Assembly: GCA_037443035.1 (NCBI GenBank)
Contig: JBBIPC010000005.1
Span: 32,001 to 96,000, forward strand
Direction of reading: 5' to 3'
Source: Chthonomonadales bacterium
Lineage (GTDB): Bacteria > Armatimonadota > Chthonomonadetes > Chthonomonadales > CAJBBX01
Length of the DNA stretch: 64,000 nucleotides
The translations under genes and the position numbers were made by a program. Under the pieces are notes generated by a model. That model was given only the letters and a program-made list of their open reading frames with translations. It did no database searches and was not told the origin of the DNA. This document shows, in pieces, positions 29,644 through 39,499 of the stretch (the first letter of the stretch is position 1; each line of letters starts with the position of its first letter).

Positions 29644-31044
29644 TCAGCGGATGCGAATCGGACGTGGCGACTGGGGTTTCGCGCCCTCGGCGTACGAGAT
29701 CGAACCGTGGGGCGCCAACTCGTAGCCGAACCGCTGAATGTAGTACTGCCGGGGATGGAACTCATCACCGACTTTCGCGAGCTCGGTGTGGAGGCGCGCA
29801 TCGAGGTGCGCACGAAGGCTGTCGTGCTCGGACGACGCTACCAGATTACGCATCTGGTACGGGTCTTTCTCGTCATCGTACATTAGCCACGGACCTGTAA
29901 TGCAGCGGACATATGTGTGGGTCGTGGTCCGTATCGCTCGGTACTCGAAGTCCACGTGCTTATGTCCGTGGAACGGGGAGATAAGCATGTACAGGGCCGC
30001 TCGGTCCTCATCTGGGGCTCCGCGGACCAGACGAGATAGGTCCTCCCCTTCCACGGTTCGCGGGATCCGAAGCCCTGCTAGACCCAAGAGCGTCGCCAAC
30101 AGGTCCGGCGTGTTCAGGGGCGTCTTTACCGTCCGGCACTTGTCGCCGTGCAATGCCGGGTACCGGACCAGGAGCGGCACCAGCGCCGATTCGCTCCATG
30201 GGACCTGCTTTGTGTAGGGTGGGCAGTTGTGCGAACCCAGCATCTCGCCGTGATCGGAGGTGAAGACGAAGACCGTGTTATCCGCAAGACCGAGCTTGTC
30301 CAGTGCCTCCACCAGCTGGCCCACGCATCGGTCCAGCAGTTCACAGTGGGCGTAGTAGCCTGCTGCCTCTTTGCGCGAGCGTTCCTGCAACTCCGGTGGC
30401 ACGTTAGGAGGAAGTCGGATGGAGGCAGGATCGTAGAGCCGCTCCGCACCGGGTGGAAGGTTGAAATGCGGGAAGTGGGGCGGGCCATACGCGACAAAGA
30501 GCAGAAACGGGCGAGACCGTCGCGAGGGGTCCTGCAAGTAGCGGATGGCCTCGTCCGTCTCGGCGAATGCATCGTAACCGTCCCAGTAGAGCTTCTTCGG
30601 CGAGTCATCCGCGTAGTAATGGGAATGCATATAGTCGTGCTCGCATTCCGCAGCTTTCCAGAAACGCCAGCCTTGCCTCCTCTCTGGTGGTATGTAGGAC
30701 TCGCGTCCGTGACCATCCAGGTGCCACTTCCCAATATAGGCCGTATCGTAACCGGCAGCATCGAAGATCTCTGCCATGCACAGCTCTGACGTCGGCAGAT
30801 GAAGGTCGTTCAAGAACATGCCGGTAGAGGTGGGGTAGCGTCCCGTCATCAGTGCAGCGCGCTGGGGAGTGCAGACCGGGCAGACCGACACGGCGTTGCT
30901 GAACGATATGCTCTGGCGTGCCAGCCGATCTAGATTCGGAGTCCTCACATTGGGGTCTCCGGCATAGCCGGTGGCAGATGCACGCCACTGGTCCACGAGG
31001 ATGAACACGATGTTGGGTCGCGAAGTGGATTCTCTCGAGTCCAT
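29644..31044 (-). CDS. Sulfatase (formylglycine-dependent, Cys type)
   Basis: PNIVFILVDQ, CTPQRAALMTG (CxPxR), GKWHL, FTSDHG. Confidence 0.95.
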   Translation of the reverse strand: MDSRESTSRPNIVFILVDQWRASATGYAGDPNVRTPNLDRLARQSISFSNAVSVCPVCTPQRAALMTGRYPTSTGMFLNDLHLPTSELCMAEIFDAAGYDTAYIGKWHLDGHGRESYIPPERRQGWRFWKAAECEHDYMHSHYYADDSPKKLYWDGYDAFAETDEAIRYLQDPSRRSRPFLLFVAYGPPHFPHFNLPPGAERLYDPASIRLPPNVPPELQERSRKEAAGYYAHCELLDRCVGQLVEALDKLGLADNTVFVFTSDHGEMLGSHNCPPYTKQVPWSESALVPLLVRYPALHGDKCRTVKTPLNTPDLLATLLGLAGLRIPRTVEGEDLSRLVRGAPDEDRAALYMLISPFHGHKHVDFEYRAIRTTTHTYVRCITGPWLMYDDEKDPYQMRNLVASSEHDSLRAHLDARLHTELAKVGDEFHPRQYYIQRFGYELAPHGSISYAEGAKPQSPRPIRIR

Positions 31045-31054
31045 GATGCTCCTT

Positions 31055-32188
31055 CTAGACTGGAACCGGTCGGCCAGAAGCCGCCGATCGCTCGGCCGCG
31101 GCTAGCCATCGCTCGATCTCGACTCCTCGGGCAAGGGATGGGTCGAATGGGCGACGCTCGTGGTAGGCGGTAATGAAACTGTAGAGACAATGCAGGTGGC
31201 CGCGGAGCCAGCCTATAGTGGCCTTGGGAGTGGGAAAGATGGCAGGCGGCAGATAGCGCTGGACACAGTGGATACGTTTGAAACCGGAGGTGCCGCCCAG
31301 GGGAGCTTCTGGATCCTTCACGTCGAACCAGTCCAGGTAGTTCGGATCCATGAGCGAGAAGCGAAGGGCTCCTGTCGTTCCATGGATCTCCAGGCGCAGC
31401 TCGTCCTGAGCCCCGGTGGCGATTTTCGACGCTTCCAGGGTACCAATAGCGCCTGAGCGCATGGTGACAAGCATGACCGTCAGGTCGTCTGCACTCTGCT
31501 CCACCATCCGCGAGGGGTCTTCTCGTGAGGGGCGCAGCGGATGCAGGATCCTCTGACGCGCCATCACTTCTGCTGGTTCATCGCCAGCCAGCCACGTGAG
31601 CAGATCGAGCACATGGGAACCCAGATCGTAGAGCACGCCTGCGCCGTACTCCTTCGTGTCCTTCCATGCAAGAGGTCTCCCTTCCGGCACGTTGCCCGAG
31701 TGGAGATAGGCAGCCCGGAATCCAATCACTTGGCCCAGCGCTCCCTGCTCCATCATCTGGCGCGCACGCATGGTCGCAGGGAAAAACCGATTGTGAAAGA
31801 CCATCTGACCTGCCTGGACCAAGTCCGGAACGCGTCTAGCTAACTCCTCGGCCTGTTGCAGGCTACCGGTGAGGGGTTTGTCGCAATACACCGGTTTGCC
31901 AGCGGCATGCGCTGCGAGTATGGCCTCCAGGTGAGCGCTGTTAGGCGAGGCGATGTCGAGCAGGTCTATCTGGGGGTCGTCGGCCATCTCCTGAACCGAA
32001 ATGTACGACCTGGCAAAGCCGAGTTCTTCCCGCGCTTTCTCGGCAGTCTCGCGGCGTGAGGTGCAGACACCATGAAGCTCGCAACGAAAGTCCAGAGGAC
32101 TGTAGAAGAATGGCAGACTTCTCCAACACCAGGCGTGCGTGCGCCCCATGAAGCCTGCGCCGACGATCCCAATGCGATACGTTTTCAT
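31055..32188 (-). CDS. Gfo/Idh/MocA family oxidoreductase
   Basis: IGIVGAGFMG, GKPVYCDKP, GVLYDLGSH. Confidence 0.93.
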   Translation of the reverse strand: MKTYRIGIVGAGFMGRTHAWCWRSLPFFYSPLDFRCELHGVCTSRRETAEKAREELGFARSYISVQEMADDPQIDLLDIASPNSAHLEAILAAHAAGKPVYCDKPLTGSLQQAEELARRVPDLVQAGQMVFHNRFFPATMRARQMMEQGALGQVIGFRAAYLHSGNVPEGRPLAWKDTKEYGAGVLYDLGSHVLDLLTWLAGDEPAEVMARQRILHPLRPSREDPSRMVEQSADDLTVMLVTMRSGAIGTLEASKIATGAQDELRLEIHGTTGALRFSLMDPNYLDWFDVKDPEAPLGGTSGFKRIHCVQRYLPPAIFPTPKATIGWLRGHLHCLYSFITAYHERRPFDPSLARGVEIERWLAAAERSAASGRPVPV

Positions 32189-32199
32189 AGTTACAGTCC

Positions 32200-33549
32200 T
32201 TACGGCGTACCGCCTGATGCAGTGAATAGCTCCATGAGGGAGAGGGCGAACATCTCGTGCCCGCGGTCATCGGGGTGATTCAGCGAGTTGACCATAAGCG
32301 TGATGAAGGGTATCCCCTCCTTCGCTAGGTGGCAGTACCGGAGCGAGGCGTCAGCGAGGGCAACGCCGTGCTTCTTGGCGAACGCACGGACGCCGGCCAC
32401 GTACGGCCGCGGGTCCTCCAAGATCTTCGCGGTGTTCTTGCCCATCCACGGCGGCCAAACAAGATGCGGAGTGAGTATGGCCCATTCGATGCCCGCGTCA
32501 CGGAACCGTCCGAGCAAGTACGAGTACTTCTCCTCCACCATCTCCGGCGTCATATAGCTGTCATTGACGAACTCCATGACCACCAAGTCGGGCCGCGGTT
32601 CGATGACGGCATGATCGAAGTTGTACTCAGCTCCAGGGGGTTCCTTGAGGAAGCTATCGCTGTTGCGACCGCCCCAACCGGCTGTTGTGAGGCGAATGCG
32701 CGCCTTTGGAAACTGCTCCTTGAGCATGGCGACGAAACGGTTCTGCCATCGCTTGTCCACGCTACTTGCTTCGCCCCCTGCTGTCACGCTGTCGCCCCAC
32801 GCCAGGATGTGGAGATCACCGCCGCTGGTGAGCTTCTGCCAGGTGCGTGGGAGCAGAGTCATGGCCGGAGGGCGCTGACGGCGCGGAGGAACGTAGGTCG
32901 GCTCTAGAATAGGAAAGAGGTTGTCCGGCCCCAGCTCCCGGAGGCGTGCCGGTATCCACAAGTTGCAGAGAGGCGACCAGCCTTGCGGTAATGCAGGCGG
33001 CTTCGGGGTGGCGTTGTGTGGTTGTCCGGGATAAACGCGAACATCGCCTTTGCCATCTACCGCAATCGTGTCTATCCGATGCAGGCCGATCTCATAGTCC
33101 ACGTACACAGGCACGCCTTCCGATATTCCCCCCTGGAGACGTCCGAACGTGCCCCACTGAAGGTCCATCTCGTAGTCGCGACCGCGAACGTACGCCACGG
33201 TGTCCCCTGGGCCTGACTTCACTACCACGCTCTCCGGTATGAGAATGTCAGGCGCGGTCGTCTCTGAAGTGATGACGCCTAGGAGGCGCACGCCTCGCGT
33301 CCACGGCGCAGCGGAGGGGTTGTAGACGGGCAGGGACTCGTACTTCTCATCGGTCGTCTTTACCGAAGTCGCTTCCATGACTCGAAGCTCCACAGGTTCC
33401 TCGATGGTCACCTGCACGTTGCCTACCCGGAGCTTGCCCGGGTGCACCGTGACCGCCCACGGGCCCGATACGGTCACCTCCGGTAGTCTGTCCGGCACAG
33501 CCGCTGGCCTATCCTGCATACAGAGACCTAGCGCCAGTATCACGAGCAT
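32200..33549 (-). CDS. SGNH/GDSL hydrolase with N-terminal extra domain
   Basis: WGDSVT, GWGG, EFVND and NHP blocks. Confidence 0.85.
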   Translation of the reverse strand: MLVILALGLCMQDRPAAVPDRLPEVTVSGPWAVTVHPGKLRVGNVQVTIEEPVELRVMEATSVKTTDEKYESLPVYNPSAAPWTRGVRLLGVITSETTAPDILIPESVVVKSGPGDTVAYVRGRDYEMDLQWGTFGRLQGGISEGVPVYVDYEIGLHRIDTIAVDGKGDVRVYPGQPHNATPKPPALPQGWSPLCNLWIPARLRELGPDNLFPILEPTYVPPRRQRPPAMTLLPRTWQKLTSGGDLHILAWGDSVTAGGEASSVDKRWQNRFVAMLKEQFPKARIRLTTAGWGGRNSDSFLKEPPGAEYNFDHAVIEPRPDLVVMEFVNDSYMTPEMVEEKYSYLLGRFRDAGIEWAILTPHLVWPPWMGKNTAKILEDPRPYVAGVRAFAKKHGVALADASLRYCHLAKEGIPFITLMVNSLNHPDDRGHEMFALSLMELFTASGGTP

Positions 33550-33554
33550 TCCCT

Positions 33555-34598
33555 CTATCCTTTCGCGACCATTTTCGCCATGGCGATGAAGTTCTTCGCA
33601 CCTCTGTCACCGTACGTACCCGACGCCGTCCCGCCCAGGATGAACGCTCTCGTCCCTGCCGCCTCCAACCTATCGCGGGCGATCTCCAGGACCTCATGCT
33701 CTGGCAGAGCGTTGATGATCTCCATGTCGTCGAGGTTCCCGACGATGCAGAGTCTATCTCCAACCAACGCGCGAGCCGCAGACAAGTCGGCCACATCGCC
33801 CCACGGCGGCGCCTCGAACGGATCCATGGCATCCATGCCGAGGGCAGCCAGTTCGCGCAGAAACCGCATCACCTTTCCATGATTGTGGTAGTACGCCACA
33901 GTGCCGTATCGGTGCATGATCTCGATCAGCGCAGCATCATAGGGAGCGATGAGGTCAGCGAACGCCTTGTGCCCCAACTGCACCGTCACGTACTCACCAC
34001 CAACGATGCGGAATCCTTCGACGCCAGCCTCGCACAACCGTTCCACATACCCGTTGAGGCGTTCTGCAGCCACCGCAACGAGTCGCCGCATCGAGTCCGG
34101 CGCTTCGGCCCAGCACAGAGCGAACCCTTCTGGCGAGAACCAGTCCGCAGGCACACAGACCGCGTTACCAATGGCGATCATGACAAATCCATTCTCACCG
34201 ATTCGGTCTCGCCACTCACGATAGGCCCTCAGGTCTATGGGAGGCGGTTCGTAGGGAATCGCGAGAAACCGCTCGACGTCTTCAGGCGACTTGAAGGGGA
34301 ACTCCACGGTGGCCGAAGTGACCGCAGTGCGACGGACTCTCCGCGTTAGCGGGCCCAGCGGACTCTCGATGGTGTAGGTCGTCTCGTTGTCGGTATCCTG
34401 TCGCCGGACCGACGCGGCGCTTCCCAAGAACGGATCCCCGCCGGCCCCAACGTCTATGAGGATGTCCGTCCGCTCGATGAGTTCCTTGCCGATGTCGCTG
34501 TCAGCCGAGACACGCCCCATCCCGAACGGGGCAACCGGCACTCTGTCTGGCTCACCGCCCCGCATGGCAACGAGCAGACGTTCGCGAGACGTCATCAC
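33555..34598 (-). CDS. Uroporphyrinogen decarboxylase/MtaA-like family protein
   Basis: MTSRERLLVAMRGGEPDRVPV start, YYHNHG, DPFEAPP.GD, CIVGNLD, FILG. Confidence 0.85.
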   Translation of the reverse strand: MMTSRERLLVAMRGGEPDRVPVAPFGMGRVSADSDIGKELIERTDILIDVGAGGDPFLGSAASVRRQDTDNETTYTIESPLGPLTRRVRRTAVTSATVEFPFKSPEDVERFLAIPYEPPPIDLRAYREWRDRIGENGFVMIAIGNAVCVPADWFSPEGFALCWAEAPDSMRRLVAVAAERLNGYVERLCEAGVEGFRIVGGEYVTVQLGHKAFADLIAPYDAALIEIMHRYGTVAYYHNHGKVMRFLRELAALGMDAMDPFEAPPWGDVADLSAARALVGDRLCIVGNLDDMEIINALPEHEVLEIARDRLEAAGTRAFILGGTASGTYGDRGAKNFIAMAKMVAKG

Positions 34599-35305
34599 AG
34601 TGCCGTTCCGAAGATGCAGCGCGCGGCTGCCACGACGATGTCCGCTGCGGTCTCATAGCCCAGAGCATCGGTCCGTAACACCATGTCGTAGGAACAGGGA
34701 TCATCCACTCTGGCCTGGAAAAGCTGTTTGATCGCTTCGGCTCGGCGAGCGTCGGTCCTCTGTAGCTCATGGAGAGCCTCATCGCGCGAGCATCCGAGCC
34801 GGCGCATGGTCTCCGCCATGCGAAACTCGAGGGATGCCACGAGACGCACGTTCAACGCATCGCGGAGGATGTAATTGGCTCCACGGCCGATGATGATCTT
34901 CTTGCCCTGTTGCGCGAGTGCCAGGACGACTTCTACAAGGCGATGCTTGTACCGGGTCTCGTCCATGCCGGTGCCCAGCATCGCCTCGAACATGGCTGTC
35001 AACCAGTGTCGCCTGTCCTCGTCCAGCGCCTCCACAACATGTCGTCGCACCGACTCCCTTTCCGCGATGAAGTCCACGATGTTGCGGTCCCAGACGGTCC
35101 AATCCGGGCCAAGCCTCGCCTGCACCATCTGCGCGATCGTGTGGCCGCCAGCACCATACTCACGTGAAATGGTGATGACGACGGGCCGCTGCGATGGACG
35201 CGCGACTGGTCCCTGGGTCTCCTTCTGGAGTGCCCGCTGACGGACTTCGAACTCCTTCAACCGTTTTTCGACCAAATCACCGATATTCGATTGTGGTTCA
35301 CGCAT
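34595..35305 (-). CDS. Cytidylate kinase-like family protein
   Basis: VITISREYGAGG, IIIGRGANYIL, DDPCSYDMVL. Confidence 0.88.
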   Translation of the reverse strand: MREPQSNIGDLVEKRLKEFEVRQRALQKETQGPVARPSQRPVVITISREYGAGGHTIAQMVQARLGPDWTVWDRNIVDFIAERESVRRHVVEALDEDRRHWLTAMFEAMLGTGMDETRYKHRLVEVVLALAQQGKKIIIGRGANYILRDALNVRLVASLEFRMAETMRRLGCSRDEALHELQRTDARRAEAIKQLFQARVDDPCSYDMVLRTDALGYETAADIVVAAARCIFGTAL

Positions 35306-35479
35306 TGGCGCATCCCTCCGTCGGTACCCGCGTTGTGCCTATCCACGGTACGTATACGCCGCACTCGCTGCCGTTCCCTGTCTCATTGTCAGCGCGACAT
35401 CGGCCGAAGCGTTGCGCACGGTGCCACACTGCTCCCGGGTGCCAGCAACACCTTCCGCATGGTGAGGTACCATGCCCTC

Positions 35480-35794
35480 ATGGATGTCGAGAAGACGCCA
35501 GAAGCTGGCAAGGAAGAATATCGCTGTCGAGTCCGCATTGTGGTAAGCGGAAGGGTCCAGGGCGTCTGGTTCCGGGAGAGCACCAGGGAAACCGCAGATG
35601 CTCTCGGTCTCGTAGGGACAGTGCGCAACCTCCTGAGCGGCGAGGTGGAGATCATCGCAGAGGGCCCACGCCATAGGCTCGAAGCGCTTGCCGTGTGGGC
35701 CCGGCGTGGTCCCAGTGCCGCACGAGTGGACCACATCACAGAGGAGTACTCGCCAGCCACTGGCAGCTTCAGCGAGTTTCGGGTGATCCGTTGA
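35480..35794 (+). CDS. acyP: Acylphosphatase
   Basis: VSGRVQGVWFR, GTVRN, GPSAARV. Confidence 0.92.
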   Translation: MDVEKTPEAGKEEYRCRVRIVVSGRVQGVWFRESTRETADALGLVGTVRNLLSGEVEIIAEGPRHRLEALAVWARRGPSAARVDHITEEYSPATGSFSEFRVIR

Positions 35795-35853
35795 GGATGT
35801 GGATGGACGACCATGCCTCACGTCTTCGGCGGACGCCGGAGTAGGCAGGGCAC

Positions 35854-36450
35854 ATGCCGCCGCTTCCCATCCTGGACGACCGCTGGTTTCGATGCCTCAA
35901 TGCTGGAGCCACCAACCGGGTGTTGGACGCCCTTTTCCCCATGATCACAAGCCTCCACCAACAGACCTGGTTGATGGCCACGGCAGCGCTTGCCGCAGTC
36001 GCTGCTCTTTGGAGAGGCGGTCGAGGGGCGCGACTCTGGGTTGTCACGCTTCTCCTATCTGTGGCACTCAGCGACGTTACCTGCAGCCGCATAGTGAAGG
36101 GGCTAGTACACCGGCAGCGTCCGTGCCAAGCAGTGGCGAGGGGGACACCGGCCCCCACCGGCTTCGCTGTACGCGTCGTGAACCCCGAACGCTGTCCCGG
36201 TTCAGGCTCGTTCCCCTCGAACCACGCGTCCAATACGATGGCTGGCGCGACGGTCGCCTGGTACCTAACGCGTCGTCGCTGGCGGTGGATGTGGTTCCTC
36301 CTGCCGCTGGTCATAGGCTACACGCGCATCTACCTCGGATACCATTATCCTTCGGATGTGGTCGGTGGATGGATTCTGGGCGGAGCCGTTAGCACGGTCG
36401 TGATTCTGGTCGCGTCACGCTGGATGCGAGACCGCGTACTCCCTCGGTAG
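35854..36450 (+). CDS. PAP2 family phosphatase
   Basis: K-x6-RP, SFPSNH, TRIYLGYHYPSDV. Confidence 0.92.
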   Translation: MPPLPILDDRWFRCLNAGATNRVLDALFPMITSLHQQTWLMATAALAAVAALWRGGRGARLWVVTLLLSVALSDVTCSRIVKGLVHRQRPCQAVARGTPAPTGFAVRVVNPERCPGSGSFPSNHASNTMAGATVAWYLTRRRWRWMWFLLPLVIGYTRIYLGYHYPSDVVGGWILGGAVSTVVILVASRWMRDRVLPR

Positions 36451-36458
36451 AGGGCCAG

Positions 36459-37469
36459 TTACGACTCGGATTCCGTCGAAGGAGGAGAAACGGGCGGTGC
36501 TACGGTCCACCGTCCCATCCTGCGGAATCGCCGGTAACGCTCCTCGAGGCGCTCGTCCGGTGATAGCGCCTCGACTTCGCGAAGGTGGCGCAGAATGGCG
36601 TCTGAGAGGGTGCTTGCCATGACAGCCAAGTCTCGGTGAGCACCACCGAGGGGTTCGGGTACGACCTCCTCGATGACGCCCAGTTCCAGTGCGTCCTGCG
36701 CCGTCAGTTTCAGGGCTGCCGCCGCCTCTTCAGCGCGGCTCTTGTCGCGCCACAGTATCGCCGCACATCCCTCCGGCGGGATGACAGAGTAGATCGCATG
36801 CTCCAACATGAGCACCCGGTCTCCCACGGCAACCCCGATGGCGCCGCCGGAACCACCTTCGCCGATAACGACGGCGATGATCGGAACACGCAGGGCGGAG
36901 AACTCCGCCATGTTCCGGGCAATCGCCTCGCTGATGCCGTGTTCTTCCGCGCGTAGGTCGGCCGCCGCGGCCGCTGTGTCCACGAAAGAGATGATGGGGC
37001 GATCGAACTTCTCAGCCAGCCGCGCCAGGCGCAATGCCTTTCTGTAACCCTCTGCGCGAGCACTGCCGAAATTGCGACGTTGCCGCTCGCGCAGGTCCCG
37101 GCCCTTCTGATGTCCAATGACCATGATGGGCCGACCCCTGAGAAAAGCCGGCCCGCCCACGATCGCCTCGTCGTTATCTGCCAGGCGATCGCCTGACAAC
37201 TCCAGGAAGTCGTCGAACATGACGCGGACGTAGTCGAACGTGTAGGGGCGTTCCTGGTGTCGGGAGAGGAGCGTCTGCTCCCAGGGGGTGAGACGAGCGA
37301 AAACCTCCTCGATGGCCTTTCTAAGCTCGGCCTCGAGCCGTGCGATCTCGGCATCCAGGTCAATGCCCTGCTGGCGTGCCTCGGCTTGCTTCTCAGGCTT
37401 CCGAAGCTCGTCGAGGAGGGCCTCCAGCTCCCGTATGGGTCGCTCGAAGTCGAGGAAGCTACTGGCCAT
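36459..37469 (-). CDS. accA: Acetyl-CoA carboxylase carboxyltransferase alpha
   Basis: FLDFERPI, GHQKGRD, EGYRKALR, IGEGGSGGA, YSVIPPEGCAAILW. Confidence 0.97.
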   Translation of the reverse strand: MASSFLDFERPIRELEALLDELRKPEKQAEARQQGIDLDAEIARLEAELRKAIEEVFARLTPWEQTLLSRHQERPYTFDYVRVMFDDFLELSGDRLADNDEAIVGGPAFLRGRPIMVIGHQKGRDLRERQRRNFGSARAEGYRKALRLARLAEKFDRPIISFVDTAAAAADLRAEEHGISEAIARNMAEFSALRVPIIAVVIGEGGSGGAIGVAVGDRVLMLEHAIYSVIPPEGCAAILWRDKSRAEEAAAALKLTAQDALELGVIEEVVPEPLGGAHRDLAVMASTLSDAILRHLREVEALSPDERLEERYRRFRRMGRWTVAPPVSPPSTESES

Positions 37470-38304
37470 GTTGCGTGCCCTCGACGAAGAAACGAAGCAG
37501 GAAGGCTAGAGTGCGGCGCATTTCCTTGCGGCTCACGATGCGGTCCACGAAGCCATGCTCATGCTGGAACTCGCTCGTCTGGAAATTGGCCGGCAACTGA
37601 ACGCCCGCATCCTGTTGTCCCACACGCCGCCCGGCGAAGCCCACAATGGCACCCGGCTCGGCCAGTATGACATCGCCCAGGGACGCATAGCTAGCGAAGA
37701 CGCCACCCGTAGTGGGGCTCGTCAGAACGCTGATGTAAGGAACCTTCGTGTCGGCCGCTCGGCGAACCGCCGCGGCTGTCTTGGCCATCTGCATGAGGGC
37801 CAGCAAGCCCTCCTGCATCCGCGCACCACCCGAAGCGCTGAAGAGGATGATGGGACGCCGTTTCTCTGCCGCTCGCTCCATGGACCGAGCGACTTTCTCG
37901 CCGTAGACAGAGCCCATGGACCCGCCCATGAAGCCGAAATCCGCCACCCCGATGACGATCGGCATGCCCTCGAGTGTGGCCTCTCCCGTGATGATGGCCT
38001 CGCGAAGACCTGTAGTCTCCTGTGCCTTCTGCAGCTTCTCCTGATAGTCGGGAAAGCCCAGAGGATCCACCGAGAGGAGGTCACCATCCATCTCGGCGAA
38101 GGATCCCTCGTCCACGGTAATCTCCAGACGCTCCTTCGCGGACAGGCGATGGTGATGTCCGCACTTGGGGCACACCTTCAGGTTCCGCTCTAGTTCCCGA
38201 GCGAAGATGATCTCGTCGCAACCTTCGCACTTCTGGGCGATGCCGTCGGGTACGCTGTCTTGGGAGCGAGCGCGTGCCCTGCGTCCGAACCATCCGCTGC
38301 TCAT
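37459..38304 (-). CDS. accD: Acetyl-CoA carboxylase carboxyltransferase beta
   Basis: C4 zinc finger, FMGGSMGSV, SGGARMQEG, PTTGGV, GFAGRRV. Confidence 0.97.
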   Translation of the reverse strand: MSSGWFGRRARARSQDSVPDGIAQKCEGCDEIIFARELERNLKVCPKCGHHHRLSAKERLEITVDEGSFAEMDGDLLSVDPLGFPDYQEKLQKAQETTGLREAIITGEATLEGMPIVIGVADFGFMGGSMGSVYGEKVARSMERAAEKRRPIILFSASGGARMQEGLLALMQMAKTAAAVRRAADTKVPYISVLTSPTTGGVFASYASLGDVILAEPGAIVGFAGRRVGQQDAGVQLPANFQTSEFQHEHGFVDRIVSRKEMRRTLAFLLRFFVEGTQHGQ

Positions 38305-38373
38305 CGGCGTGGACCACATGGCCGAGGAGTACCGATAGGCTCGCTCACCTCCAACAGGAAGGGAGCCCGCTCG

Positions 38374-39441
38374 GTGACGTCCGTCAGCGAACTGCGCAAG
38401 GAGATAGATAGCATTGATGATCGCATTGTCGAGCTACTGAACCGTCGCGCCGAAATCGCCGTCGAAATCGGCACGCACAAAGCTCGCGCCAGGAGTCAGT
38501 ATTTTACCCCCGAACGGGAGGACGCCATTCTCCGGCGGCTCGCGCAGCGAAGCCGAGGGCCCTTGCCTGCCCAAGCGCTGCGTGCCATCTACCGCGAAAT
38601 CATGTCGGCCTGCCGGGTGCTGGAGAAACCGCTCACGATCGCGTTTCTCGGCCCTCCCGGCACGTTCTCCCATCAGGCGGCCGTCATGAAGTTCGGCTCC
38701 TCGTCGGTGCTGGACCCGTGCGACGCCATCCCCGAAATCTTCACGAGGGTGGAGCGAGGAGTATGCGACTACGGTGTCGTGCCTGTGGAGAACTCGCTGG
38801 CTGGCGTCATCCCTGAAACGCTTGACACGTTCCTCCAAACGAACGTACGGGTCGTCTCGGAGCTTTTCGTACCCATCGTCCACAACTTGGCGACCCGCTG
38901 CAAGAAGCTGGAAGATATCCAGGTCCTCTATACTCATGCGCAGCCTCTCGCGCAGTCCAGGCAATGGCTCAGGGCGCATCTACCCAACGTCGAGATCGTC
39001 GAGGTCGGAAGCACTGTGCGCGCCGCTGAAGCAGCGAGAGATCAGGAGGACGCGGCGGCGCTCTGCCCCGCCATGGCAGCCGAGATCACAGGTCTGCCGA
39101 TTCTGGTCGAACACACCGAGGACAACCCCAGTAATCGGACGCGCTTCCTCGTTCTCGGTTACAACGAGCCGGAGCCTACAGGGCGGGACAAGACCTCCCT
39201 CATGTTCTCTGTGCATCATCGAGCGGGCGCCCTGTTCCGGGCCATGGCGGCCTTCGAGAAGTACGACGTGAACCTGACGATGATCGAAAGCCGCCCGGCG
39301 CGGGTTGCCGTCTGGGAGTACGTGTTCTACGTGGACGTCCAGGGTCATGTGAAGGACGACAACGTCGCCCGCGCCCTGCGCCAGCTCAAAGAGCACACGT
39401 TGTTCCTGACGGTGCTGGGGTCGTACCCGGCGGCGGAATAG
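38374..39441 (+). CDS. pheA: Chorismate mutase/prephenate dehydratase (P-protein)
   Basis: LRKEIDSIDDRI (CM), LGPPGTFS, VPVENS, NRTRF, ACT domain IESRP. Confidence 0.96.
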   Translation: MTSVSELRKEIDSIDDRIVELLNRRAEIAVEIGTHKARARSQYFTPEREDAILRRLAQRSRGPLPAQALRAIYREIMSACRVLEKPLTIAFLGPPGTFSHQAAVMKFGSSSVLDPCDAIPEIFTRVERGVCDYGVVPVENSLAGVIPETLDTFLQTNVRVVSELFVPIVHNLATRCKKLEDIQVLYTHAQPLAQSRQWLRAHLPNVEIVEVGSTVRAAEAARDQEDAAALCPAMAAEITGLPILVEHTEDNPSNRTRFLVLGYNEPEPTGRDKTSLMFSVHHRAGALFRAMAAFEKYDVNLTMIESRPARVAVWEYVFYVDVQGHVKDDNVARALRQLKEHTLFLTVLGSYPAAE

Positions 39442-39444
39442 TGA

Positions 39445-39484
39445 CGCCGCCAGCCCCCCGGTAGCTGGGCGAGGGCTGGCGGCG
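39445..39484. terminator. Stem-loop between convergent pheA and the NHL gene
   Basis: CGCCGCCAGCCC ... GGGCTGGCGGCG, 12-bp inverted repeat. Confidence 0.6.
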
Positions 39485-39499
39485 CGAGCATGCCTCGTC

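Noticed and set aside
33555..34598. hemE (heme biosynthesis)
   Set aside because: Lacks the HemE RQAGRY signature, and the context is catabolic.
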